A DNA stretch of 64,000 bases, from assembly GCA_004431415.1 (NCBI GenBank), contig QPMI01000602.1:62001-126000 (forward strand). Direction: 5' to 3'. The position numbers and the translations under genes were made by a program. Origin of the DNA: Cyanophora paradoxa CCMP329 (Eukaryota > Plantae > Glaucophyta). Positions 44,829-58,028 of this stretch are shown piece after piece (the stretch's first letter is position 1; every line of letters begins with the position of its first letter). The notes beneath the pieces are model-generated. The model worked only from the letters and a program-made list of their open reading frames with translations, made no database searches and was not told the DNA's origin.

Positions 44829-45462
44829 CCGTGCTCGTGTGCAGCCCGTCCCCTCCATCTCGCCCAATTATCACACGGGCCGCGCTCATATGCGCATCCA
44901 CGCATCGGAGGTTAGACACCGCACTGCCAACTGCAAGTTGCTAGCGCTAGCCGTGCCATGGATATCGATATGGGCGCCGGCAAGCTATACTACTGTACTA
45001 GCACTAGCACTAGTACTAGTGCTCTTATACGGTGTGCCAGTCTCATCACTGCCAGATGCATATGCTCGATCGAAGCTCGATCTTCAGCGAAGCTGAAAGC
45101 TGCATGAAGCTCGTCGAAGCTCGATCTTCAGCGACGTGGCCTCGGGATCGGTTCGATTGGACGCCGCTGGCTATTTTTGCGAAACCTGTACCCCAGAAAG
45201 GAGCCGTCCTGCCGGAACTGGTTTCGCCTCGACCGTCGCGTGGCTTAAGCGCACCTTCGTCCCAGCTAGCGATTAGGCTGGCTAGTGAGCCCTGCGCAGC
45301 TTGGCACACAGTAGCCGCTGCAGCCCGCAGAGCGGCAGTTTTGCATGGTAGCAAGCCCGGTTATTGGATCGGCGACTCCCATTGTAGTAGCTTAGCGGCA
45401 GAGTCTGCAGGCACAGCCCGGCAGCAGCGCGAGCTCCGCAACTCCCGCAGCAGCCTGGGACA

Positions 45463-48140
45463 ATGACGCTAGCAGACTTCAAGATCATCAAGTTTATCGG
45501 CAAGGGAAGTTATGGCAGCGTTTACAAGGTCCTGCGCAAGAGCGATGAGAAAGAGTGCGCCCCTGGTTCCCCAGACGCTGCCCTGCAGGACGTGAGGGCG
45601 CCGGCGTGGGACGCGGGCCATACTAACGCCAAGTTGCGTGCAGGTACGCCATGAAGGAGGTAAACATCAAACCGATGTCGCAGAAGGAGAGGTCCGCTAT
45701 CTTTGGACGGGAGTCGTTGCTAGCCGCTGACGACAGAGCGCGATCAGGGAGGAAGCCGTCAACGAAATCCGGCTTCTAGCATCGGTTGCGAACCCGTTTG
45801 TGATCGGGTTCGCCGCCCCTACAGCCTCTGCCCCCCCGACGCTCGAGGCGGCGGGCGGAGCTTAAGGTTGCTTATGCCGCCCCGCCCGGACGTGCAGATA
45901 CTACGAGGCGTTCTCCGAGGGGGATAAGATCTTCATCGTGACTGAGTATGCGGAGAACGGCGACCTGGGGCGCAAGATCAAGCGCTGCAAGGCGAAGAAC
46001 GAGTACTTCGATGAGAACCTGATATGGTCCTACTTCCTGCAGCTCTGCTCTGGCCTCAAGGCGCTTCACAACCTCAACATCCTCCACCGCGTGCGTGCCG
46101 CAGAAAAGCGGCGCGTTCCTTTCCGGCTCCTTACCCTTCCTTTTCCACGCGCAGGACATGAAAGCGCAGAACATCTTCCTCATGTCCAACGACATGATCA
46201 AAATCGGCGATCTCGGTGTTGCTAAGCTCCTTAAGGAGGGCAATGCGCAGACGCAAGTCGGTGCGTCGCAGCGCGGCGCGAGGCTGCTGCCCCCGCTGAT
46301 GGGGAGGCCCGGACGCCAGGAACCCCCTACTACATGAGCCCTGAGATCTGGAAGAACAGGCCATACGACAAGAAGAGCGACATCTGGTCCCTTGGTGCGC
46401 TGGATCGCCTCTCCCCTCGGTCCGCCCCCGCCGGCTCGTAGCTCACTCGCCGGCGCCCGGGCGCAGGCTGTCTCCTTTACGAGCTGATCACGTACCGGCA
46501 CCCCTTCGAGTCCAACTCGTGGAAAGGCCTGGCGAACAAGGTGCTCAAGGGCCAGTACCAGGAGATCCCCGGCCACTACTCGGCCGAGCTGCGCGACATG
46601 GTCCGCTGTCTCCTCGGTGCGTCCGCCGCAGCGCTCAACCCAGCCCGGCCCCCCCCCCCCCCCCCCCCCCCCCGCTCGCTCACGCGCCCGCCCCACCCGC
46701 AGTCACCGACCCGCTCCGGCGGCCGGCCGTAAACGAGATCCTGCAGATGCCCGCCGTGCAGGTGTGCCCCGAGGGGCGCCGGCCGGCCGCCCCGGGCCCC
46801 GTCTCACGGCCCTTCGCAGCGGCGGATGCACCTGCTGCCCATCCCTGACGGCTACGTGGGCGTGCCCGTCGACCGCTCCAACAGGCGCGCCCGCCCCGCC
46901 CCGCGCCTCCGCCCCGCCACGCCTCGCGGCAGTCTCGCTGACCCCACGCAGCTCGCTGCTGGACACGATCAAGGTGCCCCGCAACCTCGACAAGCTCCGC
47001 TCCCGCCTCCCCGTGCGCCCATCCGCCCCGCCCGCCCCCACGCCGCGCTCGCTCGCTCGCCGCCGCTGACGGCGGGGTCCGGGGGCGCAGGCGTCGAACT
47101 ACCCGTCGCTGCCGTCGACGCCGGACGAGCGGAGGGAGGCCGGGCTGCCGCCGATCAACGAGGCGCTGGGCCCGATCAGCGGGCGGCAGCCGTCGCGGGG
47201 CGACCTGCGGGCGATGGCGCGCGAGAAGTTCGAGCGCGAGCGGGAGCGGGACCGCGTCGAGCGCGAGCGCGAGCGCGAACGCGAGCGCGACCGCGCCGAG
47301 CGCGAGCGCGAGGAGCGCGAGCGGGCCGCCAGCGAGCGCGAACGCGAGCGCGAGAGCAGGAGGCCCCCGCGGCCGAGCAACGGCGGCTACGCGCCGCCGC
47401 CGCAGCAGGCTGCGTACGGGGCGCAGCCGGCGGCAACTCCCTCCTACCTCGCCCCCCTCCCCTCCATCGAGCCGAACCTCCCGCCGCGGCACCCCTCGCG
47501 CTTCAACCGCGGCCCCGCCCCCGCCCCGCCCCCGCCCCCGACATGCGGAGGAGCGAGGAGCAGCGCCGCCAGGAGGCGTACGCGCGCCTCGTCCCCGACT
47601 CCCGGGGGAGCAACTACTACCCCTACGCCCCCGCGCCCTACCCGGGGAGCCAGGCCGCGTACATGGCCGACCGGGAGAACGTTCGCCGAGACATGAACCG
47701 CGGGGGGCAGTACCTCCCTCCTGGCCAGGTGCCGCCGCCGCGGCAGCGCCCTGCGCCGCCGCCCCCGCTCACGGGCCCCCGCGCAGGATGCGGCGGGGCC
47801 CCCGTCAAAGGGCCTCCTCCCCGTCATACAAAGCAGCCCGGCGCGGCTGCAGCTCCAACCACCGGGCGGCGCCCAGGGCTCCGGTGAGCGCGCGCCTCCT
47901 CCGCGCGGCCTCTGTCGCTTCCTTTCCGACGTGCTCGGCGCAGGCCTGCCCCCGATTGGCGTCCCGGGCTCGAACAGGCAAAACCCCTACGCAGCGCCCA
48001 TGCCGATGCCCGTCTCCAAAGTCTACAGCGACAACGGCATGTTCGAAGTGCAGCAAGTGCCCCAGTCCGCCCAGCGGCCCTACATCTACGTCCCACGCTC
48101 GAGATACGATGCGGGGCGCAAGCCCTGGCGCGCTTACTAG
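45463..48140 (+). CDS. NIMA-related kinase (NEK; CNK2-like)
   Basis: [62 protein letters not shown]; tail motif [11 protein letters not shown]. Confidence 0.93.
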
Positions 48141-48327
48141 CTATACGCGCAGCACCGGTATAGTTCGTACACGCCTTATTCGTTCATCCGCAGGCATCCT
48201 TTGCTCCCTTTCTCTCCCCCATCCTCCCCACACAGAGCTTTTGTCAAAGCTATACAGGCACTGTAAGATATTTAAAGGCTGCTCGAGAAGAGGCAAATCT
48301 TTGGATCAGCAGCGCGCTGCCGGGTCA

Positions 48328-50529
48328 ATGAATGACGTCGGCAGTCAATTGCGACTGATGGTCGACGTCCCGGGACTCCCGGCCCACCCCTCCGCGTCTC
48401 CGCCATTTACCAAGTCATTTCGCACCGGTACCCGTTAATCGACCAGAAAAGCGGCTCTAGCTCGAGCGTCGATATCGATGCAACGCGCTTGACGCGCTGC
48501 CTGCAAAGTAAAGAGGCGCTGGAGCGATGAAAGCGCCGCTGGAGGAGCGCCTTCGGGAGCTGTATCAGCCAGCGCCGCTGAAGCCGCAGTATCACCCGCG
48601 CACTCAAGAGTTTTCCAAGGCAAGCAAGCGCATCGCTTCCCGCCTGCCAGCCGCTCGGCTGGTTGACGCGAGCAACAGCAAGCTGCGCCGCTCAGCGAGC
48701 AACAGCTAGCTAACTGCCGCCGCAGACTTTCACGGGGGTCTACAAGGACACAACTCTCGATGGGGCGACGAAGAAGAAGACGCTCGTGGAGAAGCACGAC
48801 GAGCGGCTGATGCGCGGGCTGGAGATGCGCGGGGACAAGGGTCGGGCCCTGGTTGAGAAGGCGCGGCGCGCTGAGGAGGAGCTGGCGCACAGGCGGCGGC
48901 TGGCGTATGAGCGGAAGCGCGAGGCGACGGCAGTGCGGATACAGGCATGGTGGAGGGGCTGCCTGGGACGGCGGCGCGCCCGCTGGCAGCGCGAGGTCCT
49001 CCTGCTGCGCGCCATGGACGAGGCGGCCGTCCTCCTGCAGTCCGTGTACAGAATGCGCCTCGCCAAGCTCATCGCCCTTCAGGCAAGCCGCCCCGCATCC
49101 GCCTCTGCGCGGCGCTCTGACCGTAGCGCCCCTGCCCGCCGAGCAGAAGCGGGGGGAGGAGGAGCGGGTGCGCGGGACGGCGGCGAAGATGATTCAGCAC
49201 TGGTATCGGGGCCTGCGGGCGGTCTCGGCGGCGAGGGAGCACCTGGACCGGCTGCGCTCCTGGAAGGACCACGCGGCCGCGGTCAAGATCCAGGCCCTCG
49301 CTCGCCGGCGACTCGCGAGGCGGGCCCTGGCCCGCTGCCGGGAGTGGAACGTGCACCGGCGTGAGAACGAGGCGGCGCGGGCGGTGCAAAGCGTGTGGAG
49401 GGCCGAGCAGGCGAAGCGGCTCGTGGCGGCGCTGCTGGGCCGCCGGGTCGACGGCCTCGCCGCCCGCTCCGCCATCGGCTACGTCGCCACCCACGGCTCC
49501 GTGGGCGGCGTCCACGCCCGCCCCGCCCCGCCCCCGTCCGCCGCCGGGGCCCCGGAGCGCTCGCGCGCCGGCCTCGCCCCGTCGCCGTCGAGCGCCCTCG
49601 CCCAGGCGGTGGCGTCGGCGACGGACGGGATGCCCCGCCCCTTCATCTCCCTCCTCAATCGCCTCAAGCCCGGCTCCGCCCCGGGCTCCCTCGCCGGCGT
49701 GCCCCCGGCCGCGCCCCGTCCGGCCTCACCCTCACCGCCCGCACCGCCCCCTCCGCCCTCTCCCGCCCCGCCCGCCTCCGCCTCCGCCTCCTCCCGCTCC
49801 TCGCCGCTGCGGCCCCCCGAACGCTGCTCCCGCCGCCGGACGCCTCGATCGCCCGCCTCCTGACCCCCCGCCCTACGCCGCGGCGCCCGGGACGGCCGCC
49901 CTGCTGGGGACCCCCGGGCCGTCGATGGCGGGCGCGACGTCCGCTCTCAGGCCGGCCTCGCCCCGCTCGCGCCCCGCGCCGGCGAGCGAGCAGCGCCCGC
50001 CCCGCTTCCCCTCTCGGTCTTCCGGCGGGGCGGGGAGCCGGCCGCCTCGCCCGTCGCCTCGGCGGCGCCCTCGACGTCGACGGCGGGGGCCGCGCGGAGC
50101 GCGCCGGGGCCGCCGCGGCGCGGAGCCCGTCGCCGGGCCACTCGGGGTCGGGCTCGGGGAGCCCGCCGCGGTACAGGCCGGCGGGGCGGGGCCACCTCGC
50201 GGGGCGCTGCTCCTGCCGCCACTGCCTCCGCTGCCTCGACGGCTGCGCCCGCTGCCTCGTCCCCACCGCTCCCCTCGCCGCCCCCGCCCGCAGGCCGGCC
50301 CCAACTTCCCCCGGCCCTCCTGGGGCCCCACACCGCCCTCGCCCCCGTGCCCGCCGGCTTCCGCGTCGGCCCGCCCCCGCAGGTCGCACCCGTGGCCGCG
50401 GCCCCGCGCGCCCCGCGCCGTCCCCTCTCGGCGGGGGCCGTGAGCGGGCCCGACCGTCCCCCCGTCGTCTACGTGGGGGCAGAGCCGCGGCGGCCCCAGC
50501 CTTTCGTCCCCACCGGCACCCGCCTGTAG
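48328..50529 (+). CDS. IQ-motif (calmodulin-binding) protein with Pro-rich tail
   Basis: IQAWWRG, LQSVYRM, IQHWYRG, IQALARR and VQSVWRA motifs. Start approximate. Confidence 0.7.
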
Positions 50530-50704
50530 CGATGCTATCTTTCGTCTACTCAGAGAAATCGAATATCAAACTATAACATCAAGGGGGTATTTGACATTGT
50601 CAGGCGGCGGGAGCGGCTGTTGGAGGAGCCGCTCCTCACGCCCGGTTGCACGGCATCGGTTGCAGGGGGCCGGCCTCGAGCTCCGCGGCGGCTGCGCCTA
50701 GCAC

Positions 50705-51309
50705 CTAGTGCCCGCTGTAGTGGCCATGGTGCCGAATCCATGACCGCCAGTCGTAGGTGTACCAAGGCGGCTGCACGGCGCCGATAACTCGACGTAAATG
50801 GTGCTCAAACGTGAAGTAGCAGGTAGCCCCTCCGCAAGGCGTTCTTGAGAGGTTCCACGGGTCGACAACCCAGCCCATCAAGACGTGCGCCCAGAGCCAA
50901 TCCTCATGCCGCTGGGTGCAGTTTTCATTCGCAACCTGTGGCGCGTTCTCAGCTGGGCCGCCCCCTGTAGAGGCTGGCGGCATCTGTGCACCCTGTAGAG
51001 GCTGGCGGCATGCGCAGCGAGCAGGCCGAGCCGGCGCCCGCCCGCGTCGCGCGGCATTTCCGTCGACAAAAAGCGCGCGAGGTCTAAGGGAGATCCCTCT
51101 GCGCAGTGCGCGTGTCAACGCACATGACGTGTGAACGCAGAAGCGCGCACCGCCCAGAGATTCAAGCACACGCCGAATCTGGCGAACGTGCACCTCCTGG
51201 AGCGCCCGGCTCGATGCGGACTGCTCGGCCGCTTCGAGTATCGCCGGCCACGGGTCCGGGCGGAACAAGCCCAGGTGCTCAGAGCACAGGCCGGACACAT
51301 CTGGTACGT

Positions 51310-51345
<36 letters not shown>

Positions 51346-51814
51346 ATATCCGGTGCAGGCGTTAGTTCGTCTTGGTTTAGCAAGAGCATTATGTCAAATT
51401 TCATGAAAACTTTCTTCCAAAAATACCTGGATAGGCGTAGAACTCGCACGATTCGCGGGTGCAGCGCAGCAGGCCGCCGCTCGGCAGTGCGGTGATCAGA
51501 CCTCCGACTCGCGCGCCGCCCGCCAACTCGAACGCCTGCTTGAATTTCCGCGAAACGAGCTGCAGCTTCAGGAGACCAGCGACTTCTTTCGACGAATCCG
51601 GCTTGGGAGCGATGGACTTGAACACGAGGCCGAGGATTTCGAGGGGCAGATCGCAAATGCTAAGCTCAGGACGCGGCTCTTCGTCGTTGACGCTGGCGAG
51701 CTCGTTGCTAGCCTGCACATGCGCCGGCGCGGGGTCGTTGAGAGGAAAGGAGCGCGCTCTCGTCGCCGGACGCCCCTCGCCCGCGTCTGGCAGCACGGGG
51801 GCGGCGCGCTTCAT
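50705..51814 (-). CDS. F-box domain protein
   Basis: ICDLPLEILGLVFKSI...LQLVSRKFK. Confidence 0.6.
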
Positions 51815-51952
51815 CCGGGGATACGCGGCTGGAGCGTTCGTCCGGTGAATTTGACCTGCTTGAGGCTGCTTCGAAAATGGGGGTACAGCAGAGAGCTCCC
51901 GCGCAAATTGAAAAATTCCGCGCCCGGGGACCAGTGGGCGGCCGATGCAGCG

Positions 51953-54900
51953 ATGAGCGGGACTAAGGCTAATCTTGCGGCTCTGGCCTTGCTGGTGCTC
52001 GCCCTCAGCTCCAGCGCGGGTGCTGCCGACCAGCCCTCCGGCTTTCCCGTGGCGCTCCCGTGCTCGGCTTCCCAGTACTATGATTCGACAACGTTGCTCT
52101 GTCTCTCGTGCGATGGCGTAGGCACACGACCCAACGACGCAAGTGCGCCCTGTTTGAAGGTTCCTTGGGGTTTAGCCACCGAGCCGCCTGCAGGAACGGG
52201 ATGCGTGTGCATGCCTGGATACAGGGTAGATGCGGCGAGATCGACAGCGGCGAGCAGCGGGCCCACCTGCGTGGCCTGCTCGGGTGGCGCGGTACGTGTC
52301 CTGCCATCATCGGCGCCCCGCGCTCGCCCTCCCAGCCTCTCTCTGCAGCCCGCATCGTCGCTGGATCGGACCGTCTGCATGGCCTGCGATACATCAACCT
52401 CGACGCTGCGGCGCTCCCTGCTGCAGAACGGGACGCAGGACGCAAACACGACGCTGACTAGCACGCCTGCGGCAGCAGCCGCGACAGCGGCGTTTTTCAA
52501 CAATGCGACGCAGGATTGCGCCTGCCTCGACAAGTTCTCGATCGTGGGTACGCGCGGCGCCCGCGGCGCTCTCCGCCCGGGCCGAGCCCCCGCCGCAGTG
52601 GAGAAGGACAGCGCGGGGAACTACCTCGCGGCCAAGCGCTGCCTGAAGTGCCCCGCGGGGCAGTACGTGCTGGCGTCCGACCCGTACCGGTGCAACAAGT
52701 GCCCGGACAGCTCGATGGTGTACGACGCCGCGAACGACCGCTGCACCTGCATCGGGGAGAAGTCGATCACGGCCGGCCGCTACTGCTTCTCGGAGGCCGA
52801 CTTGCGCAGCCGCGGCCTGCAGATCCCCTCCGCCTCCTCCTACTCCATCTCCTACAGCGTCCTCAACGAGCAGGCGAGGGCCCCCCGCCCGGCCCGCCGC
52901 CCTCGCGCCCCGCAGACGCGCGCCGGCAGGGCGGCACCTCCCCCGTCACCATCGCCTCAACCTTCTTCCAGGACAACCTCCTCCCCTCCCAATTCTTCTG
53001 CCGGGTGCGCCCGGCCCGCCGCGCCGCGCCCGCTGCGCCGCGCCCCGCGAGCGGCCGCGCAGGACAAGTCGGCGGAGTTCTGCCAGCAGCTCGCCAACCA
53101 GTGCGCGTTCCTGAACTATGAGAGCACGCAGGGCAAGGCGCGCCGGCCGCCGCCACGCGCTCAGTGCACCCAGCCGCGTGCGCCTGACCCCACCTCGCAG
53201 GCCTGCGCCGCCCTCACCGCCCTCGGCGTGAACCTCTCCCCCGGGAAATTCCCCGGACAGTGCGTCGGGCCGTACCCCTCCCGCGCGCGCGCGCCCCTCG
53301 CCGGCGCGACCCGGCGGCAGGCGCCTGGGGCTGCCCTGGATCGCCTACGAGACCGTTGACTCCGCCAGCATCCTCCGCGCCACCGACATCAAGCTCCGCG
53401 TCTCCTTCGCCGCCGTGCGCCGCTCTCCGGCGCCGCCCGCCCCCGCCCCGCCCCGCCCCGCGGCGAACGCAGCGGGGCGCAGGACAAGCAGTACGCGTCG
53501 AGCCTCTCCTTCGTGCTGGCGCAGTACCACCCCAACGGCACCTTCCTGGGCTTCGTGCCCCTCGGCGACCAGCTCCAGGTAGCGTCGAACCCCCGCCCGG
53601 GCGCGGGGGCGGGGGGCCTGAAGGCCTGGGGTGCAGCTGTGCGGGAGCCCGCTGGGGCGGAGCACGACGGACTTCCTCAGGTTCGGGGTGAACTCGGAGA
53701 TCTCGTGCCGCGTCTCCCTGCCGGAGCTCTTCAACGCGACGGCGCCGCCCCTCTACGACGCCTACCTCGTCGACTCCGACGGCTCCCTCTACCCCGTCCC
53801 CGTCCGCCTCCTCAACGCCCGCCCCGCCGCCGGCACCCCGGAGCCCCTCTACCGCCGCTTCTTCCTCCTGTCCGCCCCGCCCTCCACCGTCCCTCCCGCC
53901 CCGCGCGCCCCCTCACGCGGCGGCGGCGCAGGGACGTCACATCGGGCCGCTCGAAGGCGACGGGCCAGCCCGACGCCATCCGCTTCGCCCAGTCCATCAC
54001 CCTCTCGCGCGCCCCCGCCCCGCCCCGCCCCGCCCCGCGAGCCGCCGGCCGCTAACCGCGGGGCGGGCGCAGGGTGACGCTGGCGGAGGGGGTGGAGCGG
54101 GGGATCTACCCCCCGACGCTCTCCATCCGCTACGCGGACGCGCAGTACTCGCGCCTCGCGGCCGTCGCCTCCGCCGAGGTCCGCTTCGTGGCGGAGTACG
54201 TGAGCAGCCAGGACAGCTTCTGGTACGCCGCCCGCATCATGCTCATCGTCGGCTGCGTCCTCGTCGGCCTCCTTTGGATCGCCTCCGTCTACTTCTTCCA
54301 GCGCCGCCGCCAGGCGCCCACCGGCCCCTCCCGCCCCCCGCCCCGCGCTGAAGCGCCGCCGCTCTTCGGCCGCCGGCAGAACGCCGAGTTCGACTGGCAG
54401 CTGCTCGCCCGCATCCTCATCTACCTCTGCTCCATTGGCGCCGACTTCTTCTTCTGGCTCCTCTTGTGCGCCCCGCCGCCCCGCCCCGCCCTGGACCCGA
54501 TGCAAGCCGGGGCGGCGCGCAGCGTGCTGTGCGCGTACTGGTGGATCTTCTACAAGGGCCAGTCGGCGGTCTTCGTGATGCTGCCGACGGAGAGCCAGGC
54601 GCGCGACATCTTCATGCTCTTCCTCCTCATGGCCCTCGTCGGCAAGGTCCGCCCCGAGCACCCCCCGCGCTTCCCGGCGGCGCTCCTGAGGGCGCCCCCC
54701 CCGCAGGTCATCCGAGTCGCCTTCGTGGTCTACCAGCAGTGCAATATCGACATCTTCTTCATCGACTGGGAGAAGTCCAGGTGCCCCATCTGAGGAGCTC
54801 CGGCGGCCGGCCCCTCCCCCGTGCGCCGCTGAGCGGCCGGCGCGTCGCAGGGGCCGCCTGCAGGGGAAGGGCACGGAGGCGGGCCCGCTGGCCCCCGTCT

Positions 54901-56357
54901 CCATGTGGCGCTCCATCTTCGCGGCGAACGAGTTCGCCGAGATCCAGGTCCGCCCTTGGGGCCAGCGCCGGGCCCCTCGCGCCCCCAGCGCCGACCTGCC
55001 GGGGCCTGCCCGTGCGCAGAACATCCGCGGGACGAACCTCGAGATGACCCTCGTGATGGTCCTCCTGATCATGGGCGGCCTGAGGTGCCGCGGCCCTGCC
55101 CCCCCACGCGCAGCGCGCGCTCGACGCTGAAGGCCGCCGGCAGCGTGAACGGGGCGGCGGCGCGGCGGCCGGGGATCGACGCGGCGGGGGGCGAGACGTC
55201 GCCCATCCTCCGCTTCGTCGTGGCCGCCTTCTGGTGGCTCGCCCTCGCCCTCGTCCAGTACGTCTGGAAGGTGCGCTCGCCCCGCCGGCCGGCGCCCCGG
55301 CCCGCCTCGCTCCGCGCCCCCCGCGCGAGCGAGCCGGCCGCAGTCCGTGATCTACCGGCGCTACTTCGTGGACGAGACGGGCCAGTACATCGACCTGCTC
55401 TCCGTGCGGCCCCTGCGCCGCGCCCCGCGCGCGGCCCCTGCGGCTCATCCGCCGCCGCAGGTCTCCAACATCTCGTGCCTCATCCTGACGTCCCAGTACC
55501 ACGGCTACTATCTGCACGGGCGGAGCGTGCACCCGTTCGCGGACACGAACATGAAGGAGATGAACGCGCAGCTGCGGCGGGAGGAGGAGAACATGGTGGG
55601 GAGCCGCGGCCTGGTGCCCGACGACCCGACGGCGTGCCAGAGCTTCGAGGTGTACGTCACCAAGAAGCTGCGCGAGAAGATCGACCAGGTCTACTTCGCC
55701 ACCCTCCGCACCGAGGCCGCCAGCAAGGCCCAGCAGACCGGCCGCCTCGGTGCCCCGCCCCGCCCCGGGCCCCTTGCCCCGCCGCCGCCGGCCGCGTCCG
55801 ACGCGGGGGCAGGGCGGCTGGCGGGCTCGGCGGGGGTGCCGTCGGAGACGCTGGTGAAGGCGTACCAGAAGCTGAACAAGGACCTGGTGGCGTTCATCGA
55901 CGAGTTCCAGTCGCTGCACCGCTCGCAGATCCGCGAGAAGACCCTCTTCGAGAAGCTCCTCCCCGTGCCCCCCGAGATGGAGCTCACCAAGGACCCCATC
56001 TTCTACTTCGACCGCGGCCAGTCCTGGCGCCGCACCATCTTCGAGGCCCGCCCCGGCGGGTCCCGCACGCCGGCCGGCCTGATCGGGGGGCGCGCAGGGG
56101 GCGGAGTACGACCTGCTGATCCTCAACATCCTGGTCTACACGGTGATCGACTTCGCGACGACCAACACGCCCGTCGCCGTCGTCGTCACCTACTTCGTCG
56201 AGGTGCGACGCTCGCCTCGCCCCCTCCCCAAGGGCGGCGGCGAGGCCGCTGAGCGCGCCCCTGGGCCTCGCAGTGGGCCCTGAACTACCTGCGGGACCAC
56301 TTCGGCACGCGCAACATCGCCCGAAAGGCCCTCATCGACGAGAAATTCCTCGTCTAG
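51953..56357 (+). CDS. TMEM67: Meckelin (ciliary transition-zone protein)
   Basis: Signal peptide and Cys-rich ectodomain; DIFFIDWEK, VSMWRSIFAANEFAEIQ, HGYYLHGRSVHPFADTNM, C-terminal RNIARKALIDEKFLV. Confidence 0.93.
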
Positions 56358-56516
56358 CCGCCCCCGGCCCCTCTCTCCGGCCCGGCGGCACCCTGCTCCC
56401 TGCGGCGAGGCCCCTTCTTGGGCCTCGGCGGTCCCCTGCACCCCCCTCCATATTTACACAAGATATAGCTGTAGTAGGCTGTGCCGAATCGATCGATTTT
56501 GAAAGCGCAGCGCTGC

Positions 56517-57861
56517 TCAACTGCTGTCGGGCCGAGCGGTGGCGGGGCTCTGGACCTCGCTGCGGCCGTCGGGCCCGGCGTGCGGCGGGGTCGCTTGCGC
56601 CGCTGCGATCTGCGCCAGGGCCGTGCGCCGGAGCAGATCCAGCTTCTTGTTCCCGTACCGCTCCTGCAACGCGCAGCTCTTACTGTGGCAGCGCGCGCCG
56701 TGGCGCAAGTGGGGGGCGAACGCGCCGTCTCCGCGCACGCCTCGCTGGCAAGCACGCGCGCGTCCCTGTCCCGCTGCGCGTGCTTGGCGGAGAGGCGGGC
56801 GAGGACCTGCGCCATTGGATCGGCGACGGCGCAGGCAGGAGCCGCCGAGGTAGCTGGGTGCCGCGCACCAGAGCCGTCACCGCGGCCGTCGCGAGGGCGT
56901 TCACCCTCAGACGGTGTTCGAGCTCCCCAGTCGCCGACGGGCCTGTCTCAACCTGCGCCGCATGAGGGCGCTTCCGGTGCTTGAGGAGGCCAGAGGAACC
57001 CGCGCCTTGCTGCGCCAGTACTCCTCCTCGGGCCAGAGAAGCCAGATGGCCATGACCTGTCCCGTTGATCGGTTGAGCGCATCGCGCAAAGTGATTGAGA
57101 GAGGCGCACATGGCCAGGACTAAACCACCGCAGAAAGCGCTCCGAGACCCAGTGCGGATCCCACATACGCAGCTCCAGACAGTCGCGCGCCCGTTCTGCT
57201 GTACCGCGTCCAGTGGCGCTGACGAACGCATCAGCGCATCGCTAACTTTGCAAAGCGAGCTCCAAGCACGGCTCGAGCACCGGAGCAGAATGTTTTTCGC
57301 CTTCTGAAGCGTTCCGCGAGTGTCGCTGGGATCGATGACGGGCGGCAGCTCCGTGCGCCGCCGGCGGATGTTCGGGCTGCGTATGGGCGTGTCGATCAGC
57401 ACGTCCGAGTCGCGCGACGCCTGCTTGTGCAGCTTCTGCAGCAAAGATATGAGCGGCGCATCTTTCCCGCGCGTACAACGCGTGCGCACGAGCGTGTTCC
57501 TGTCGTAGATAAAGTAGACCTTGCAGCGCAACTCGCACCAGAGGGCGTTCCCGATGCTGAGCGCGAGCATCACGCCACCGAGCCATTCCGTCGAGGTCGA
57601 TTGCTGCGCCGACGTCAACGGAGATACGCAAAGGACGCGCAAGGCGGACCCAGATGCGGTCCAGCACAAGAAGCACATTCACCACGATGACGCCGCCCCA
57701 GCTGAGAGCGCGAGGTGAGCGGGATGAACTAAAGCGTGCGTACGGAAGCACCAAAGCATGTCCAGCGCCACTCCTGCCAGCGCCTCGCGTTCAAGTATGA
57801 ACTCGTCGCCGATCCAGAAGCTCGGAGAGAAGAGCGATTTAAGAGAGATTCCGGGCTCCAT
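56517..57861 (-). CDS. Hypothetical membrane protein
   Basis: Several coding-like exons with hydrophobic segments between TMEM67 and DRG1. Structure uncertain. Confidence 0.4.
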
Positions 57862-58028
57862 CAGGCAGACGATCACCCAGTGACACCCACCAGCGTTGCA
57901 AGCCCGTCAAACGTTACCTACTAGCCTGTACCCAGTCCTCTTGGACGTATACCCAGGACGGCAAAGCCAGCCAGGGACAGCCTGAGCGAAGCCAGCCGCG
58001 GGCACGTCAGGGCAGGAACTTTGCTAAG

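Noticed and set aside
22114-56252. Numerous long Arg/Pro/Gly/Ala-rich ORFs in the six-frame track
   Set aside because: Shadow ORFs caused by stop-codon scarcity at very high GC; the real genes are spliced across frames.
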